32,000 bases of DNA from Escherichia coli (GCF_041319985.1 NZ_CP100909.1); one strand, 5' to 3'. Counted from the first letter of the stretch, positions 1 through 12,770 are shown. The notes: a model not told the origin generated them from the letters alone. Numbers and translations are program-made.

Positions 1-315
1 AAATGCTGCGGCTCCCAATTTGGCAGAAACGGGAAAACTGGATGCAACCAGGTCATTGACCGAATAATCTTTATATTTAAACGATGGACCGAAATCACCG
101 TGCGCCAGTTGTTTCAGGTAGCTGAAATACTGTGTCATGATCGGATCATTAAGATGATATTTCGCTTCGATATTGGCCATCACTTCTGGCGGTAAAGTAC
201 GTTCGCCGGTAAAAGGGCTTCCCGGCGCGAGGCGCATCATAAAGAACGAAATAGTAATAAGAATAAATAGCGTCGGAATCGCTTCCAGACAGCGACGTAG
301 AATAAATTTTAACAT
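1..315 (-). CDS. oppB: Oligopeptide ABC transporter permease OppB, N-terminal part (truncated by window edge)
   Basis: Reverse strand from CAT at 313..315 reads MLKFILRRCLEAIPTLFLILITISFFMMRLAPGSPF..., typical DppB/OppB permease N-terminus; lies downstream of oppA. Confidence 0.93.
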   Translation of the reverse strand, partial: MLKFILRRCLEAIPTLFILITISFFMMRLAPGSPFTGERTLPPEVMANIEAKYHLNDPIMTQYFSYLKQLAHGDFGPSFKYKDYSVNDLVASSFPVSAKLGAAAF

Positions 316-400
316 TGCCCTACCTTCTGGCCTGTGCCTTCTGTAATGCGATAAAAATCAGACACCGTGGAGCAGGACACTCCTGCCCCACGCATTGCCA

Positions 401-2032
401 TTAGTGCTTCACAATGTACATATTCCGGGTATAGGTATTATCCAGCGGATCTTTGCCGGTATAGCCACCAACCCACGGTTTCACCAGACGCGCATTCACG
501 TAGTAATAAACAGGAACAATGGCCGAATCCTTATCCAGCTGTTGTTCTGCTTTAGTGTACAGAGCTGTGCGCTGCGCCTCGTCAGTCACTTTCAGCGTTT
601 CCGCCATAATGCTGTCAAAGGCCGGGCTCTTATAATGCGCGGTATTCATCGAGCTGTTCGAAAGCATGGTGTTCAGGAAGGAAGTTGGTTCGTTGTAGTC
701 AGCACACCAGCCTGCACGGGCCACATCAAAAGTACCCTGGTGACGGGTGTCGAGGAACGTTTTCCACTCCTGGTTAACCAGTTTGACGTTTACACCAATG
801 TTTTTCTTCCACAATGAAGAGGCAGCAATCGCCAGCTTTTTATGCAGATCGGAGGTGTTATACAGCAGGTTGATGGTCAACGGTTTGTCTGCGGTATAAC
901 CCGCTTCAGCCAGCAGTTTTTTCGCTTCTTCGTTACGTTTTTCCTGGCTCCAGCCAAACCATTCTGGCTGAGTCAATTTTGCGCCATCAGTATACGGTGG
1001 AGTGTAACCATAGGCGGGCATGTCGCCCTGCGCTTTCACTTTATTAACAATGATATCGCGGTCCATACCTAGTTTCAGTGCGGTACGCACACGCACATCG
1101 TTGAATGGCGGTTTCTGGTTGTTAATTTCGTAATAGTAAGTGCACAGGTATGGATCAACGTGAACTTCGTCCGGGATCTCTTTTTTCAGCTTCTGGAACA
1201 ATTCGATCGGCATGTTGTTATACGTCATGTCGATTTCACCACTACGGTAGCGGTTGACATCGGTAACTTCAGAAGCAATAGGCAAATAGGTTACCTGGTT
1301 AATAACGGTTTTCGCGTTGTTCCAGTAGGTCGGGCTGCGTTCAAGAACGATTCGTTCGTTTACGACCCAATCTTTTAAGGTATAGGCACCGTTGGTGACG
1401 ATATTACCAGGCTGGGTCCATTTTTCGCCGAATTTCTCGATAGCGGCTTTTGGCACCGGTGAAGTTGATGGGTGAACAAGTAATTTATAGAAGTACGGAA
1501 CGGGTTCACTTAAGGTGACTTCTAATGTGTGATCATCAATAGCTTTCACGCCGAGATCGGTAATCGGTTTTTTCCCTTCAAGAATTTCATCAATACCGGC
1601 GATATGCCCATATTGCAGATAACTGGCATACGGAGAAGCAGTGTTCGGATCAACAGAACGTTGCCAGCTATACACAAAGTCTTGTGCTGTGACTGGCGTG
1701 CCATCAGACCATTTCGCATCTTTACGCAAATGGAAGGTCCAGACTTTCGCGTCTTTATTATCCCAGGATTCAGCGACGCCAGGTGCTGGATGACCGTCAA
1801 GATCGCTGACCAGTAAGCCTTCAAACAGGTCTCGGCTGATATTAGACTCCGGAACACCTTCAATTTTGTGCGGATCTAATGACTGAACTTCTGAACCATT
1901 GTTACGTACCAGTGTTTGTTTTTCCGCCAGTGTGACGCCTGCGGGTACATCAGCTGCCAGCGCGACATTCCCTGCCATTAGCGCAGCCAGAACGCCAGCT
2001 GCTACTAAACTTCTCTTGGTGATGTTGGTCAT
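401..2032 (-). CDS. oppA: Periplasmic oligopeptide-binding protein OppA (543 aa from MTNITKRSLVAAG...)
   Basis: ORF track 401..2104; signal peptide MTNITKRSLVAAGVLAALMAGNVALA and SBP_bac_5-type sequence. The likely start is the internal Met 24 codons into the ORF. Confidence 0.97.
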   Translation of the reverse strand: MTNITKRSLVAAGVLAALMAGNVALAADVPAGVTLAEKQTLVRNNGSEVQSLDPHKIEGVPESNISRDLFEGLLVSDLDGHPAPGVAESWDNKDAKVWTFHLRKDAKWSDGTPVTAQDFVYSWQRSVDPNTASPYASYLQYGHIAGIDEILEGKKPITDLGVKAIDDHTLEVTLSEPVPYFYKLLVHPSTSPVPKAAIEKFGEKWTQPGNIVTNGAYTLKDWVVNERIVLERSPTYWNNAKTVINQVTYLPIASEVTDVNRYRSGEIDMTYNNMPIELFQKLKKEIPDEVHVDPYLCTYYYEINNQKPPFNDVRVRTALKLGMDRDIIVNKVKAQGDMPAYGYTPPYTDGAKLTQPEWFGWSQEKRNEEAKKLLAEAGYTADKPLTINLLYNTSDLHKKLAIAASSLWKKNIGVNVKLVNQEWKTFLDTRHQGTFDVARAGWCADYNEPTSFLNTMLSNSSMNTAHYKSPAFDSIMAETLKVTDEAQRTALYTKAEQQLDKDSAIVPVYYYVNARLVKPWVGGYTGKDPLDNTYTRNMYIVKH

Positions 2033-2769
2033 TGTTTTTTGGACTCCCTCATTATAATTACTGGTATTAACCAGCATGTGTAATCCCGGATTGGGACCCT
2101 GCACAGGCTCGGAGACTTTCTGCTGTCAGGTTACTTTATCGTTACGTATTACTATCACCGACTTTATTTATTCTGGTGATTCAGACGATCACCTTATGTC
2201 GATTCGTACTGTGTCTCCCCTGTCGAGACACATTATTCTTTCGCGACGCTCTTTAATTGTTAATTATTCTCATTACCAATAAAGAATCGTCTGGCGGTTG
2301 CCCGGAAAGTACCAAATGCGGTTCTTACTCGCCAATACATTTTGCAAAATTGTTAAGCAATTCTCTTTTATTGACCGTATCAGAATCTATAGCTTGCATC
2401 CATGCCTTAACAAACATCTTTCAATTCAATCAAATAGAGATTGGCTAAGCATGTCTATCTTTTCTGATTACAGTTCCAGTAGTGAAATGCACAATAATTT
2501 AACAATTGATTATTATTTAGCACTTTCCTCTACCAAAGGCAGTGGAATTACTAATATCATTTCAATTATTCTTCAGCAAGCCCAGGATTATGATGTGGCG
2601 AAAATAACATGATGGTGAGGAGAAGCAGTTAAGGAAATCCTTATAACTAACTGTAATTTGAGAAGAATATTTTTACCTATTCCTTTTGCTTTTGATAACT
2701 GCGCGGGAACAAAGTAAAAATAATGACGAAGTAAACGGAGCATGGCAGCTCCGTTTCATTTGAAAGGAA

Positions 2770-3417
2770 TTAATTAAGCAGGCCGGGGAAAATCCCCTTA
2801 ATACCAGTAACGATAAATTCAATCCCCAATGCCATCAGCAATAGCCCCATAATACGCGTAATCACGTTGATGCCGGTCTGGCGTAAAACCCGTACCAGCC
2901 ACGGTGCCATGCGGAACAATCCCCAACAACATAAAGCGAACAATGCAATAGCCACAAAGAAACCAAACAGATAGCTAATGCTGTGATAACGCGTACCCCA
3001 GACGATGGTAGAACTGATCGCCCCTGGCCCCGCCATCAACGGCAACGCCAGTGGCACCACACCAATGCTTTCACGTACCGCGGTTTCTGATTTTTCTTGC
3101 TTGTTCTGTTTATCCTCGCCAAGCTTGCCGCTGATCATCGACATCGCTATTGTCACCACCAGGATACCCCCGGCGATACGGAACGAATCAATTGATATAC
3201 CAAAAAGTTGTAGAATCGTGTCGCCGAGAAAAAGCGAGATCCACAAGATAATGGCCACAGACAGGTTGGCTGTAAGGTTAGTTTTGTTTCGCGCTGCCGC
3301 TGTCTGATAACTGGTCATGCTGATAAAGACGGGAATAATCCCTACCGGGTTGACCAGCGCAAATAACCCGATGAAAAATTTGAAGTAAACGGGAAAATCA
3401 AAAAAGGTCTGAATCAC
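2770..3417 (-). CDS. ychE: MarC-family inner membrane protein YchE
   Basis: 215-aa hydrophobic MarC-like protein (FALVNPVGIIPVFISMT..., GPGAISSTIV) between oppA and adhE as in E. coli K-12. Confidence 0.93.
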   Translation of the reverse strand: MIQTFFDFPVYFKFFIGLFALVNPVGIIPVFISMTSYQTAAARNKTNLTANLSVAIILWISLFLGDTILQLFGISIDSFRIAGGILVVTIAMSMISGKLGEDKQNKQEKSETAVRESIGVVPLALPLMAGPGAISSTIVWGTRYHSISYLFGFFVAIALFALCCWGLFRMAPWLVRVLRQTGINVITRIMGLLLMALGIEFIVTGIKGIFPGLLN

Positions 3418-3893
3418 GGTTAGCTCCGAAGCAAAAGCCGGATAATGTTAGCCATAAATAAGGTTGAAAAGACGCGCTGACAATACGCCTTTTGACAGCA
3501 TTTTTCACCTCCTAACTACTTAAAATTGCTATCATTCGTTATTGTTATCTAGTTGTGCAAAACATGCTAATGTAGCCACCAAATCATACTACAATTTATT
3601 AACTGTTAGCTATAATGGCGAAAAGCGATGCTGAAAGGTGTCAGCTTTGCAAAAATTTGATTTGGATCACGTAATCAGTACCCAGAAGTGAGTAATCTTG
3701 CTTACGCCACCTGGAAGTGACGCATTAGAGATAATAACTCTAATGTTTAAACTCTTTTAGTAAATCACAGTGAGTGTGAGCGCGAGTAAGCTTTTGATTT
3801 TCATAGGTTAAGCAAATCATCACCGCACTGACTATACTCTCGTATTCGAGCAGATGATTTACTAAAAAAGTTTAACATTATCAGGAGAGCATT

Positions 3894-6569
3894 ATGGCTG
3901 TTACTAATGTCGCTGAACTTAACGCACTCGTAGAGCGTGTAAAAAAAGCCCAGCGTGAATATGCCAGTTTCACTCAAGAGCAAGTAGACAAAATCTTCCG
4001 CGCCGCCGCTCTGGCTGCTGCAGATGCTCGAATCCCACTCGCGAAAATGGCCGTTGCCGAATCCGGCATGGGTATCGTCGAAGATAAAGTGATCAAAAAC
4101 CACTTTGCTTCTGAATATATCTACAACGCCTATAAAGATGAAAAAACCTGTGGTGTTCTGTCTGAAGACGACACTTTTGGTACCATCACTATCGCTGAAC
4201 CAATCGGTATTATTTGCGGTATCGTTCCGACCACTAACCCGACTTCAACTGCTATCTTCAAATCGCTGATCAGTCTGAAGACCCGTAACGCCATTATCTT
4301 CTCCCCGCACCCGCGTGCAAAAGATGCCACCAACAAAGCGGCTGATATCGTTCTGCAGGCTGCTATCGCTGCCGGTGCTCCGAAAGATCTGATCGGCTGG
4401 ATCGATCAACCTTCTGTTGAACTGTCTAACGCACTGATGCACCACCCAGACATCAACCTGATCCTCGCGACTGGTGGTCCGGGCATGGTTAAAGCCGCAT
4501 ACAGCTCCGGTAAACCAGCTATCGGTGTAGGCGCGGGCAACACTCCAGTTGTTATCGATGAAACTGCTGATATCAAACGTGCAGTTGCATCTGTACTGAT
4601 GTCCAAAACCTTCGACAACGGCGTAATCTGTGCTTCTGAACAGTCTGTTGTTGTTGTTGACTCTGTTTATGACGCTGTACGTGAACGTTTTGCAACCCAC
4701 GGCGGCTATCTGTTGCAGGGTAAAGAGCTGAAAGCTGTTCAGGATGTTATCCTGAAAAACGGTGCGCTGAACGCGGCTATCGTTGGTCAGCCAGCCTATA
4801 AAATTGCTGAACTGGCAGGCTTCTCTGTACCAGAAAACACCAAGATTCTGATCGGTGAAGTGACCGTTGTTGATGAAAGCGAACCGTTCGCACATGAAAA
4901 ACTGTCCCCGACTCTGGCAATGTACCGCGCTAAAGATTTCGAAGACGCGGTAGAAAAAGCAGAGAAACTGGTTGCTATGGGCGGTATCGGTCATACCTCT
5001 TGCCTGTACACTGACCAGGATAACCAACCGGCTCGCGTTTCTTACTTCGGTCAGAAAATGAAAACGGCGCGTATCCTGATTAACACCCCAGCGTCTCAGG
5101 GTGGTATCGGTGACCTGTATAACTTCAAACTCGCACCTTCCCTGACTCTGGGTTGTGGTTCTTGGGGTGGTAACTCCATCTCTGAAAACGTTGGTCCGAA
5201 ACACCTGATCAACAAGAAAACCGTTGCTAAGCGAGCTGAAAACATGTTGTGGCACAAACTTCCGAAATCTATCTACTTCCGCCGTGGCTCCCTGCCAATC
5301 GCGCTGGATGAAGTGATTACTGATGGCCACAAACGTGCGCTCATCGTGACTGACCGCTTCCTGTTCAACAATGGTTATGCTGATCAGATCACTTCCGTAC
5401 TGAAAGCAGCAGGCGTTGAAACTGAAGTCTTCTTCGAAGTAGAAGCGGACCCGACCCTGAGCATCGTTCGTAAAGGTGCAGAACTGGCAAACTCCTTCAA
5501 ACCAGACGTGATTATCGCGCTGGGTGGTGGTTCCCCGATGGACGCCGCGAAGATCATGTGGGTTATGTACGAACATCCGGAAACTCACTTCGAAGAGCTG
5601 GCGCTGCGCTTTATGGATATCCGTAAACGTATCTACAAGTTCCCGAAAATGGGCGTGAAAGCGAAAATGATCGCTGTCACCACCACTTCTGGTACAGGTT
5701 CTGAAGTCACTCCGTTTGCGGTTGTAACTGACGACGCTACTGGTCAGAAATATCCGCTGGCAGACTATGCGCTGACTCCGGATATGGCGATTGTCGACGC
5801 CAACCTGGTTATGGACATGCCGAAGTCCCTGTGTGCTTTCGGTGGTCTGGACGCAGTAACTCACGCCATGGAAGCTTATGTTTCTGTACTGGCATCTGAG
5901 TTCTCTGATGGTCAGGCTCTGCAGGCACTGAAACTGCTGAAAGAATATCTGCCAGCGTCCTACCACGAAGGGTCTAAAAATCCGGTAGCGCGTGAACGTG
6001 TTCACAGTGCAGCGACTATCGCGGGTATCGCGTTTGCGAACGCCTTCCTGGGTGTATGTCACTCAATGGCGCACAAACTGGGTTCCCAGTTCCATATTCC
6101 GCACGGTCTGGCAAACGCCCTGCTGATTTGTAACGTTATTCGCTACAATGCGAACGACAACCCGACCAAGCAGACTGCATTCAGCCAGTATGACCGTCCG
6201 CAGGCTCGCCGTCGTTATGCTGAAATTGCCGACCACTTGGGTCTGAGCGCACCGGGCGACCGTACTGCTGCTAAGATCGAGAAACTGCTGGCATGGCTGG
6301 AAACGCTGAAAGCTGAACTGGGTATTCCGAAATCTATCCGTGAAGCTGGCGTTCAGGAAGCAGACTTCCTGGCGAACGTGGATAAACTGTCTGAAGATGC
6401 ATTCGATGACCAGTGCACCGGCGCTAACCCGCGTTACCCGCTGATCTCCGAGCTGAAACAGATTCTGCTGGATACCTACTACGGTCGTGATTATGTAGAA
6501 GGTGAAACTGCAGCGAAGAAAGAAGCTGCTCCGGCTAAAGCTGAGAAAAAAGCGAAAAAATCCGCTTAA
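3894..6569 (+). CDS. adhE: Bifunctional acetaldehyde-CoA/alcohol dehydrogenase AdhE (891 aa)
   Basis: Full-length [23 protein letters not shown]...; aldehyde dehydrogenase domain followed by Fe-ADH domain ([13 protein letters not shown]). Confidence 0.99.
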
Positions 6570-6690
6570 TCAGTAGCGCTGTCTGGCAACATAAACGGCC
6601 CCTTCTGGGCAATGCCGATCAGTTAAGGATTAGTTGACCGATCCTTAAACTGAGGCACTATAACGGCTTCCACAACAGGGAGCCGTTTTC

Positions 6691-7588
6691 TTATGCCACT
6701 TCTCAATGATCTGCTCGATTTCAGTGACCATCCGCTTATGCCTCCGCCCTCTGCACAACTATTTGCAGAACACCTTCCCACCGAGTGGATACAACACTGC
6801 CTGACGCTTTCTGCTCATGCGACCGTTCGCCGCCGTCGTTTACCGGGGGACATGGTTATCTGGATGGTGGTGCAATGAGCCAATTACCGATGTTGTTCGC
6901 CGTCTGAACCTGAGCGCGGATGGCGAAGCGGGGATGAACCTGCTGGCCCGCAGCGCTGTCACCCAGGCGCGTCAGCGCGTGGGGGCCGCCCCAGTGGAAT
7001 GGCTCTTCCGCCAGACCGCACAGACAGGGGCGCGGAACGTTACCTGAAGGATGACTGGCACGGCCTGCAACTTTTTGCCATTGATAGCGCACAGTTCAGG
7101 ACACCTGATAAACCCGAGCTGCGTGAATATTATGGGTCTGCCAACACATCCACTAAGCGGCAGAACGCCTACCCGGTTATGCGTCTGGTGGCCTTAATGA
7201 ACCTGGGAAGTCACATTCTGCTGAATGCCGTGACCGCACCTTACCGGCAGAGCGAAACTGTGCTGGCCCACTCCATGCTCGCCACCATCCCGGATAACTC
7301 TATTACGTTGTTTGATAAACTTTTTTACAGCGAAGACCTGCTGCTGACGCTGAACCAGAAGGGTTGTAACCGCCACTGGCTACTGCCTGCGTGGAAGAAT
7401 ATCGCATCAGAAATGATAGAGCTGGGAAACACGGCGTCACCAGGGACCATCCCGAAACGACTGGAGCATCTTCGGGGTGCTCTGGAAGTGGTGTTCATAA
7501 CAAAACGCCCCCGACCATCAAGGCCGAGGTCGGTTAAGATATCAAAAACCCGTTATCCTGTGAAACATAGTGCCGCTCCTCTTAAGTG
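6691..7588 (+). pseudogene. insZ: Degenerate IS4-family transposase remnant (insZ/ychG-like)
   Basis: Three frame-shifted ORFs (6693..6878, 6817..7047, 6999..7589) together resemble an IS4-family transposase (LPTEWIQHCLTLSAHATVRRRRLPGDMVIWMVV / NEPITDVVRRLNLSADGEAGMNLLARSAVTQARQRVG / GLQLFAIDSAQFRTPDKPEL); position between adhE and tdk matches K-12. Confidence 0.85.
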
Positions 7589-7870
7589 AACGGCATTGCC
7601 CTTCTGGGGCCGTATTTTTTGTTTACCCAAAGCAACTTTTCCATAAACCGACAGCATTAGCCTTCATCATATTTGCGACGATGTATAACGCCTAAACACA
7701 GGGATATTGTACTTTACAGGTCACAAGTCAACGTCGGTGCTTAAGAGCCCTGTGAGGCGTATAGCAGCGTTAAAAAACTGCCGAGAAGGGTATATAGCCC
7801 GGAAGAAGTGCGTAAAACGAACTGACAGGATAAAAGTGCCCTGCTCACCCTGTCAGTAAAGAAATTCTTA

Positions 7871-8488
7871 TTAATCGTGGCGATGCCTTTCCTGAATAGC
7901 CGTTAATGAGTCGACTTGTAACGCCTCTTTATAGTGTTTACGGCATACAGAAACGTATCGTTCATTACCACCAATTACCACCTGCTCACCTTCGTTATAA
8001 GGTCTGCCTGCTTGATCAAGACGCAGCACCATGCTTGCTTTACGGCCACAAAAACAGATGGTTTTTAATTCAACCAGTTTGTCGGACCATGCCAGTAAGT
8101 ATTGGCTGCCAATAAATAATTCACCTCGAAAATCGGTACGTAAACCATAACAAAGTACGGGTATATCGAGTTGATCGACAACCTCCGATAATTCATATAC
8201 TTGTTGTCTGGTTAAAAACTGGCATTCATCAACCAGTACGCAATGAATTGCCTGCTGTTCATGTTCCGCACGAATCTCATCAAATAATGATGAATTTTGG
8301 TTAAATAATTTTGCAGGCGATGACAAACCTATACGCGAACTGACTTTCCCGGCACCAAAGCGATCATCAATTTCTGCCGTATATACGACAGTGCGCATGC
8401 CGCGTTCCTGGTAATTGTATGAAGATTGCAACAATGCTGTAGACTTACCCGCATTCATTGCGGAATAGTAGAAATATAGCTGTGCCAT
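7871..8488 (-). CDS. tdk: Thymidine kinase (205 aa)
   Basis: [30 protein letters not shown]...; P-loop and zinc-site cysteines (CFCGRKA) present. Confidence 0.98.
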   Translation of the reverse strand: MAQLYFYYSAMNAGKSTALLQSSYNYQERGMRTVVYTAEIDDRFGAGKVSSRIGLSSPAKLFNQNSSLFDEIRAEHEQQAIHCVLVDECQFLTRQQVYELSEVVDQLDIPVLCYGLRTDFRGELFIGSQYLLAWSDKLVELKTICFCGRKASMVLRLDQAGRPYNEGEQVVIGGNERYVSVCRKHYKEALQVDSLTAIQERHRHD

Positions 8489-9092
8489 CAGCCACAGGCC
8501 CTCAATGATATGAAATAAAGTTGGCTGGAGTTTATCATAATTCGTCAGTTTTTCAGCTCAACAGTATGCACAGAAGTGGGTATATGCGTTCTCCCTTACG
8601 AAGCCTTGCATAATCCTTCTGAGCTATCATTACAACTGCCTCGCTTGTTATAAGCGGGTAAATGACTGCTGGTAACTATTCACAATCTTTAATCTGTTGC
8701 GCAAGTAATAGCCCTCTGTTGACCTCCAGGAGATAGTGCAATACTAAGTCCCTGCTCTTATTGCGACTGTTCTACTTTTCATCATTCGCTTAATAGGGAA
8801 TTCTCGTAAACACGACTAATACAGAAGACTGAAAGGTCGTCAGCCTACGATAATCTCCCCATAAAATGTGACATGAATCAGGAAGTTTTAACCTCACGAG
8901 CTGCGAAATCATCGGTACAAATAGGGCTATATGCCGCGTCTTTTCTGGCTAATTTTATGAAAAGATATTTATTGGCGGCACAAAATAAAGAACAATTTTG
9001 AATTCCTTACATTCCTGGCTATTGCACAACTGAATTTAAGGCTCTATTATTACCTCAACAAACCACCCCAATATAAGTTTGAGATTACTACA

Positions 9093-9506
9093 ATGAGCGA
9101 AGCACTTAAAATTCTGAACAACATCCGTACTCTTCGTGCGCAGGCAAGAGAATGTACACTTGAAACGCTGGAAGAAATGCTGGAAAAATTAGAAGTTGTT
9201 GTTAACGAACGTCGCGAAGAAGAAAGCGCGGCTGCTGCTGAAGTTGAAGAGCGCACTCGTAAACTGCAGCAATATCGCGAAATGCTGATCGCTGACGGTA
9301 TTGACCCGAACGAACTGCTGAATAGCCTTGCTGCCGTTAAATCTGGCACCAAAGCTAAACGTGCTCAGCGTCCGGCAAAATATAGCTACGTTGACGAAAA
9401 CGGCGAAACTAAAACCTGGACTGGCCAGGGCCGTACTCCAGCTGTAATCAAAAAAGCAATGGATGAGCAAGGTAAATCCCTCGACGATTTCCTGATCAAG
9501 CAATAA
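9093..9506 (+). CDS. hns: DNA-binding nucleoid protein H-NS (137 aa)
   Basis: [37 protein letters not shown]...[30 protein letters not shown]. Confidence 0.99.
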
Positions 9507-9531
9507 TCTTTTGTAGATTGCACTTGCTTAA

Positions 9532-9558
9532 AATCCCGCCATCGGCGGGATTTTTTAT
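9532..9558 (+). terminator. Rho-independent terminator downstream of hns
   Basis: AATCCCGCC-ATC-GGCGGGATT followed by T-rich tract. Confidence 0.9.
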
Positions 9559-9649
9559 TGTCCGGTTTAAGACAATTTAATAAGAATAAGCTATAAAAAA
9601 ACGGCGTCGATTGCTCAACGCCGTTTCGTGGATAACACCGATACGGATG

Positions 9650-10558
9650 TTACTTCTTAATGCCCATCTCTTCTTCAAGCCAGGCTTTAAATTCCGTGCC
9701 AAGGGTGTTATGACGAATACCGTATTCAACGAAGGCCTGCATGTAACCTAATTTATTACCGCAGTCATGGCTCTTCCCTTTCATATGATAGGCTTCAACC
9801 GTTTCTTTTTCGATTAGCATATCAATTGCGTCGGTGAGCTGAATTTCATCACCAGCTCCCGGAGGGGTTTTTGCCAGCAACGGCCAAATATCCGCACTAA
9901 GTACGTAACGACCCACAATAGCGAGATTAGACGGCGCAACATCCGCTTTTGGTTTTTCAACCACGCCAACCATCGGTACGCTTTCACCCGGCGCTAATTC
10001 AACGCCTTTGCAATCCACAACGCCATATGCGGTCACATCAGCAACCGGTTCAACCATGATCTGGCTATGACCCGTTTCATCAAAGCGGCGGATCATCTCT
10101 GCCAGGTTATCCTGTGACAAATCGGATTCATATTCATCCAGAATAACGTCAGGCAAAATAACAGCCACAGGTTCATCACCCACTACCGGGTGAGCACACA
10201 ATACCGCGTGTCCCAGACCTTTCGCCAGCCCCTGACGAACTTGCATAATAGTCACGTGCGGCGGACAAATAGACTGCACTTCATCAAGCAGTTGACGTTT
10301 TACACGTTTTTCCAGCATTGCTTCCAGTTCAAAACTGGTATCAAAGTGGTTTTCAATAGAGTTTTTAGATGAGTGTGTAACCAGCACAATTTCAGTAATG
10401 CCAGCCGCAATACATTCATTCACGACGTATTGAATTAATGGCTTATCGACAAGTGGCAGCATCTCTTTCGGGATGGCTTTCGTCGCCGGCAACATCCTGG
10501 TTCCTAATCCCGCAACGGGGATAACGGCTTTTTTGACTTTCGTATTAATGGCAGCCAT
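9650..10558 (-). CDS. galU: UTP--glucose-1-phosphate uridylyltransferase GalU (302 aa)
   Basis: [44 protein letters not shown].... Confidence 0.98.
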
Positions 10559-10759
10559 TTAAATTCTCCTGGACTGTTCGTGTTTTGAACGTGTTCATAT
10601 TTCTGTATCGCATCCCAGTATATCAGCACCCCGAAGGGGCTAAGTTCTGAAAAGGAGGCGAGTTAGCATAATTAAGACAATTACTTATACGAATGGCGAC
10701 GATAGTACCACCAGCCGACATTAGCAGGTAATGCAAATTTAGCCCGCGTTATCGTTTGC

Positions 10760-11773
10760 TCATTCTGCAGACAACATCAAGCGCAGTCGACCACCGGTTC
10801 CCCATATTTGGCATTGCCAGGCATCGCATCGCTGGCTCAATTGATTCAAATAAGCGTTACCTAATGTGCCTAACGGAACACCATTACTGATTTGCACCTG
10901 GTGTTCGCCGGTATTTAACGTCGCATTCAGACCCGCAGAAACCAGAATGAGATTTTTCAGTTCGCGATGATAATAGCCAACTAATAGCGGAAACTGCCCC
11001 GGCAGATTGGCCTGACGGAGTAAATGGTTTACCTGCTTCAATAACGCGCCCAACTCTGGCAACCGTTGATTTTGGTGTGCAAGCTGTTCCTGTAATAATC
11101 CGTTAAACAATGCGCGTAATAACAAGGCAGCAAGTACGCCATTATGTCCAGCTCGGGTGACATCAAGGCAATAAAATGCCAGATCGTTTTCCGAAAGTGC
11201 GGCAATATCAAGCACCAGGCCGGGTTTGTCCGCGGCAACCAATTGACGATAATTAACCCGGCAATGGGAAATCACCTGCTGAACCGGCGGTTGTAGTTCC
11301 TGTAATAATTTCGCCGCTGCGGCAGGGTTATCAACCATTGCATCCCAGTCGCGAAAAAGCCTTTCCTCTTCCTCAACGCGCGAATTAAACATGCTGGGAT
11401 AGAGACAGGCAAAAACCATCTCGCGCAAGCGATTCAGATCTTTAACTGGTTTCAGCAAAACATCTTCAACGCCCAGACGTAACGCTTTGGCAATATCTGC
11501 CATATTTTCAGTGGCAGATATCACCAGAACTGGGGTCTGGTCGCCTCTGTTACGTATATGCTCCAGCAGTTTAAGCCCGTTCATTCGTGGCATCGCGATA
11601 TCACATATCATCAGGTCTGGAGTGAAACCTCCCAGCAACTCAAGGGCATCCACCCCATCAGCCGCCAGTACCGTTGTCGCTCCCAATGAGGAAAACCATG
11701 AATCCAGAAGCGAGCGAAATACCTGCTCATCTTCAACAATGAGAATCTGTTTTCCGACCAATGGCTGCGTCAT
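10760..11773 (-). CDS. rssB: Two-component-type regulator RssB/SprE of RpoS proteolysis (337 aa)
   Basis: Receiver domain (VGKQILIVEDEQVFRSLLDSWFSSLG... MICDIAMPRMNG) plus PP2C-like C-terminal domain; adjacent to rssA. Confidence 0.97.
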   Translation of the reverse strand: MTQPLVGKQILIVEDEQVFRSLLDSWFSSLGATTVLAADGVDALELLGGFTPDLMICDIAMPRMNGLKLLEHIRNRGDQTPVLVISATENMADIAKALRLGVEDVLLKPVKDLNRLREMVFACLYPSMFNSRVEEEERLFRDWDAMVDNPAAAAKLLQELQPPVQQVISHCRVNYRQLVAADKPGLVLDIAALSENDLAFYCLDVTRAGHNGVLAALLLRALFNGLLQEQLAHQNQRLPELGALLKQVNHLLRQANLPGQFPLLVGYYHRELKNLILVSAGLNATLNTGEHQVQISNGVPLGTLGNAYLNQLSQRCDAWQCQIWGTGGRLRLMLSAE

Positions 11774-11864
11774 GTTCTCTCCCCTGACTGGCTTTACTCA
11801 ATAGTGGCATGCTATTGCCACCTGCGCCTGTCAGAATTAACTTAAGTGTAGATAAAAATTCTGG

Positions 11865-12770
11865 TCAAATGTTGGTGCGTACCAACGGCAAAAGTTCGTC
11901 CATTTTCCTTTCCACTGCCAGCTGTCCGGCCGCAATGGCAGCGTGCGCGCGATGGAAATCAAGCGTAGATATTTGCGGGCAAACAGGTTTAATCAGAATA
12001 TCGGGCGGATCACCTGCCATGCGGTTCCTTTTAAGGCGGTTCTCCAGCACCTGGATAGAAGTGGTCATAATCTCTGTTGCCGTTGGCGCTGTCACCGCCC
12101 GACGTGTCGTTATGCTGCCTAACCTTTCTTTCAGACGCGCATGCCACGGCAGAGAATCACCATTCTCGCTATTTTCTTCACTGACATTAAAGGAGAGCAA
12201 ATCTTGTTGCATCAAATGAGCATCGTGCTGCAGGTCAACCGCTATCACAATATCAGCCCCCAATGCACGCGTGAGGGAAATAGGAATTGGGTTAACGACT
12301 GCTCCATCAACCAGCCAGTAGCCGTTATGTGCAACAGGTGCCATGAGTCCTGGAATACTGCATGATGCGCGAATAGCAAGATGGAGATCGCCTTCAGTAA
12401 ACCATAATTCACGTCCCGTACTTAAATTGGTGGCAACAGCCGCAAAGCGACGGGAACAATTTTCGATCTCTGTTTCCGGCATTATTTCGCGGTATTGATT
12501 GAAGACACGCTCGCCGCGCAGTAACCCACCGCGCTGCCAGGAGAGATCCATCAGGCGTAAAACATCCCAATAACTGAAAGAGGTCACCCAATCTTCCAGC
12601 GCAGATAATCGATCGCATGCATAGGCAGCGCCCACCAGCGAACCAATTGAACATCCTGCAACGATATCAATTTCAATACCCACTTTTTTTAGCGCATTAA
12701 TAACGCCAATATGCGACCAACCTCTCGCCGCGCCAGATCCCAGCGCCAGCCCTATTTTTATCTTTCTCAT
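11865..12770 (-). CDS. rssA: Patatin-like phospholipase family protein RssA (301 aa from MRKIKIGLALGSGAARG)
   Basis: GSGAARGWSHIG oxyanion motif, GCSIGS nucleophile elbow, DGA motif. ORF track begins at 12809 but the usual start is 13 codons later. Confidence 0.95.
   Translation of the reverse strand: MRKIKIGLALGSGAARGWSHIGVINALKKVGIEIDIVAGCSIGSLVGAAYACDRLSALEDWVTSFSYWDVLRLMDLSWQRGGLLRGERVFNQYREIMPETEIENCSRRFAAVATNLSTGRELWFTEGDLHLAIRASCSIPGLMAPVAHNGYWLVDGAVVNPIPISLTRALGADIVIAVDLQHDAHLMQQDLLSFNVSEENSENGDSLPWHARLKERLGSITTRRAVTAPTATEIMTTSIQVLENRLKRNRMAGDPPDILIKPVCPQISTLDFHRAHAAIAAGQLAVERKMDELLPLVRTNI

Noticed and set aside
2033-2769. Long oppA-ychE intergenic region with ORFs 2257..2448 and 2298..2612
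   Set aside because: A long oppA upstream region is normal in E. coli (regulated leader, reported sRNA targeting); the small ORFs lack RBS or family support.
4245-6062. 605-aa ORF antisense to adhE
   Set aside because: Low-complexity, compositionally shadow-like frame complementary to a highly conserved housekeeping gene with strong codon bias; no independent evidence of coding.
8489-9092. AT-rich hns-tdk intergenic region
   Set aside because: Consistent with the known long, curved and autoregulated hns upstream region; nothing beyond the backbone.
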